This document shows positions 63,351 to 64,000 of a DNA stretch of 64,000 nucleotides, one piece after another. The translations under genes and the position numbers were made by a program. The notes beneath the pieces are model-generated. The model saw only the letters and a list, made by a program, of their open reading frames with translations, was not told where the DNA came from and searched no databases. The stretch's first letter is position 1; every line of letters begins with the position of its first letter. Source of the stretch: Polyangiales bacterium (lineage in GTDB: Bacteria; Myxococcota_A; Polyangia; Polyangiales; Polyangiaceae); assembly GCA_038231275.1 (NCBI GenBank), contig JBBRLQ010000031.1, forward strand, positions 25,611-89,610, read 5' to 3'.

Positions 63351-63377
63351 GACGATCAGAGGATCAGGAGAGAGCAG

Positions 63378-64000
63378 ATGAAGGTCAAAGAGGTCCTGGA
63401 GCTCGCGCAGAAGAACGACGTCAAATTCGTCGATCTCAAGTTCATCGACTTCCCCGGCGTGTGGCAGCACACGACGATCCCGGCGCACCGCTTGAACGAG
63501 GGCCTCTTCGAGGACGGCCTGGCGTTCGACGGATCGAGCGTCCGCGGGTGGCAGCCGATCAACGCGTCCGACATGATCATGATCCCGGATCCGGAGACGG
63601 CGAAGCTCGATCCGTTCTTCGCGAACCCGACCTTGTCGCTCACGTGCTCGGTCTTCGATCCGATCACGAAGCAGCCGTACTCGCGCGATCCGCGCCACAT
63701 CGCCAAGAAGGCCGAGGCGTACCTTCGCCAGACCGGCATCGGCGACACGTCCTTCTTCGGTCCCGAGGCGGAGTTCTTCGTCTTCGACGACGTGCGCTTC
63801 GATCACTCGCAGCCGAACGCCGGCTACTACTACCTCGATAGCGCGGAAGGCGCGTGGAACAGCGGCCGCGAGGAGTTCCCGAACCTCGGCTACAAGATCC
63901 GTCACAAGGAGGGCTATGTCCCCTGCCCGCCGACGGACACCCTCGCGAACCTACGTATGGACATGATGCTCGCGCTCCAGGAGAGCGGCATCGAGGTCGA
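63378..64000 (+). CDS. glnA: Glutamine synthetase type I, N-terminal part (runs off the window; absent from ORF track)
   Basis: RBS AGGAG; VKFVDLKF.D..G.WQH, FDGSS, SDM...PD, Y.RDPR, GPEAEFF, KEGY. Confidence 0.95.
   Translation, partial: MKVKEVLELAQKNDVKFVDLKFIDFPGVWQHTTIPAHRLNEGLFEDGLAFDGSSVRGWQPINASDMIMIPDPETAKLDPFFANPTLSLTCSVFDPITKQPYSRDPRHIAKKAEAYLRQTGIGDTSFFGPEAEFFVFDDVRFDHSQPNAGYYYLDSAEGAWNSGREEFPNLGYKIRHKEGYVPCPPTDTLANLRMDMMLALQESGIEV

Overview
High-GC, gene-dense chromosomal segment whose gene content (Ser/Thr kinases, FHA-sigma54 activator, Cys-rich lipoproteins, type IV pilus genes) points to Myxococcota, probably Polyangiales (inference). About 60 CDS are supported. Core functions include pilC, a PilS-like kinase, a type IV pilin, a PpiD-like chaperone, isocitrate dehydrogenase family, pckG, acs, htpG, a MacAB-type ABC system, korAB with a GltD-like flavoprotein, and glnB-glnA (glnA cut off by the window edge). 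I found no rRNA, tRNA, CRISPR array, transposase or prophage. The best candidate for an undescribed system is at 27502-30158: a four-EF-hand NOX5-type NADPH oxidase translationally coupled (TGATG) to a five-CxxCH cytochrome c lipoprotein. The NOX keeps all four heme histidines, but the O2-site histidine is replaced by Leu, suggesting a Ca2+-gated NADPH-to-cytochrome electron conduit. Other highlights are an orphan Hcp with a Sec-type signal peptide, an M23-like protein with both Zn histidines swapped for carboxylates, and a ribbon-helix-helix/multi-zinc-finger protein. Also notable are a pseudokinase-pentapeptide membrane protein, twin TetR-type operators, several sigma54-type promoters and a PII with a non-canonical T-loop. 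All family calls come from motif recognition by eye; no database searches were run. Start codons were re-picked where the ORF track over-extends.
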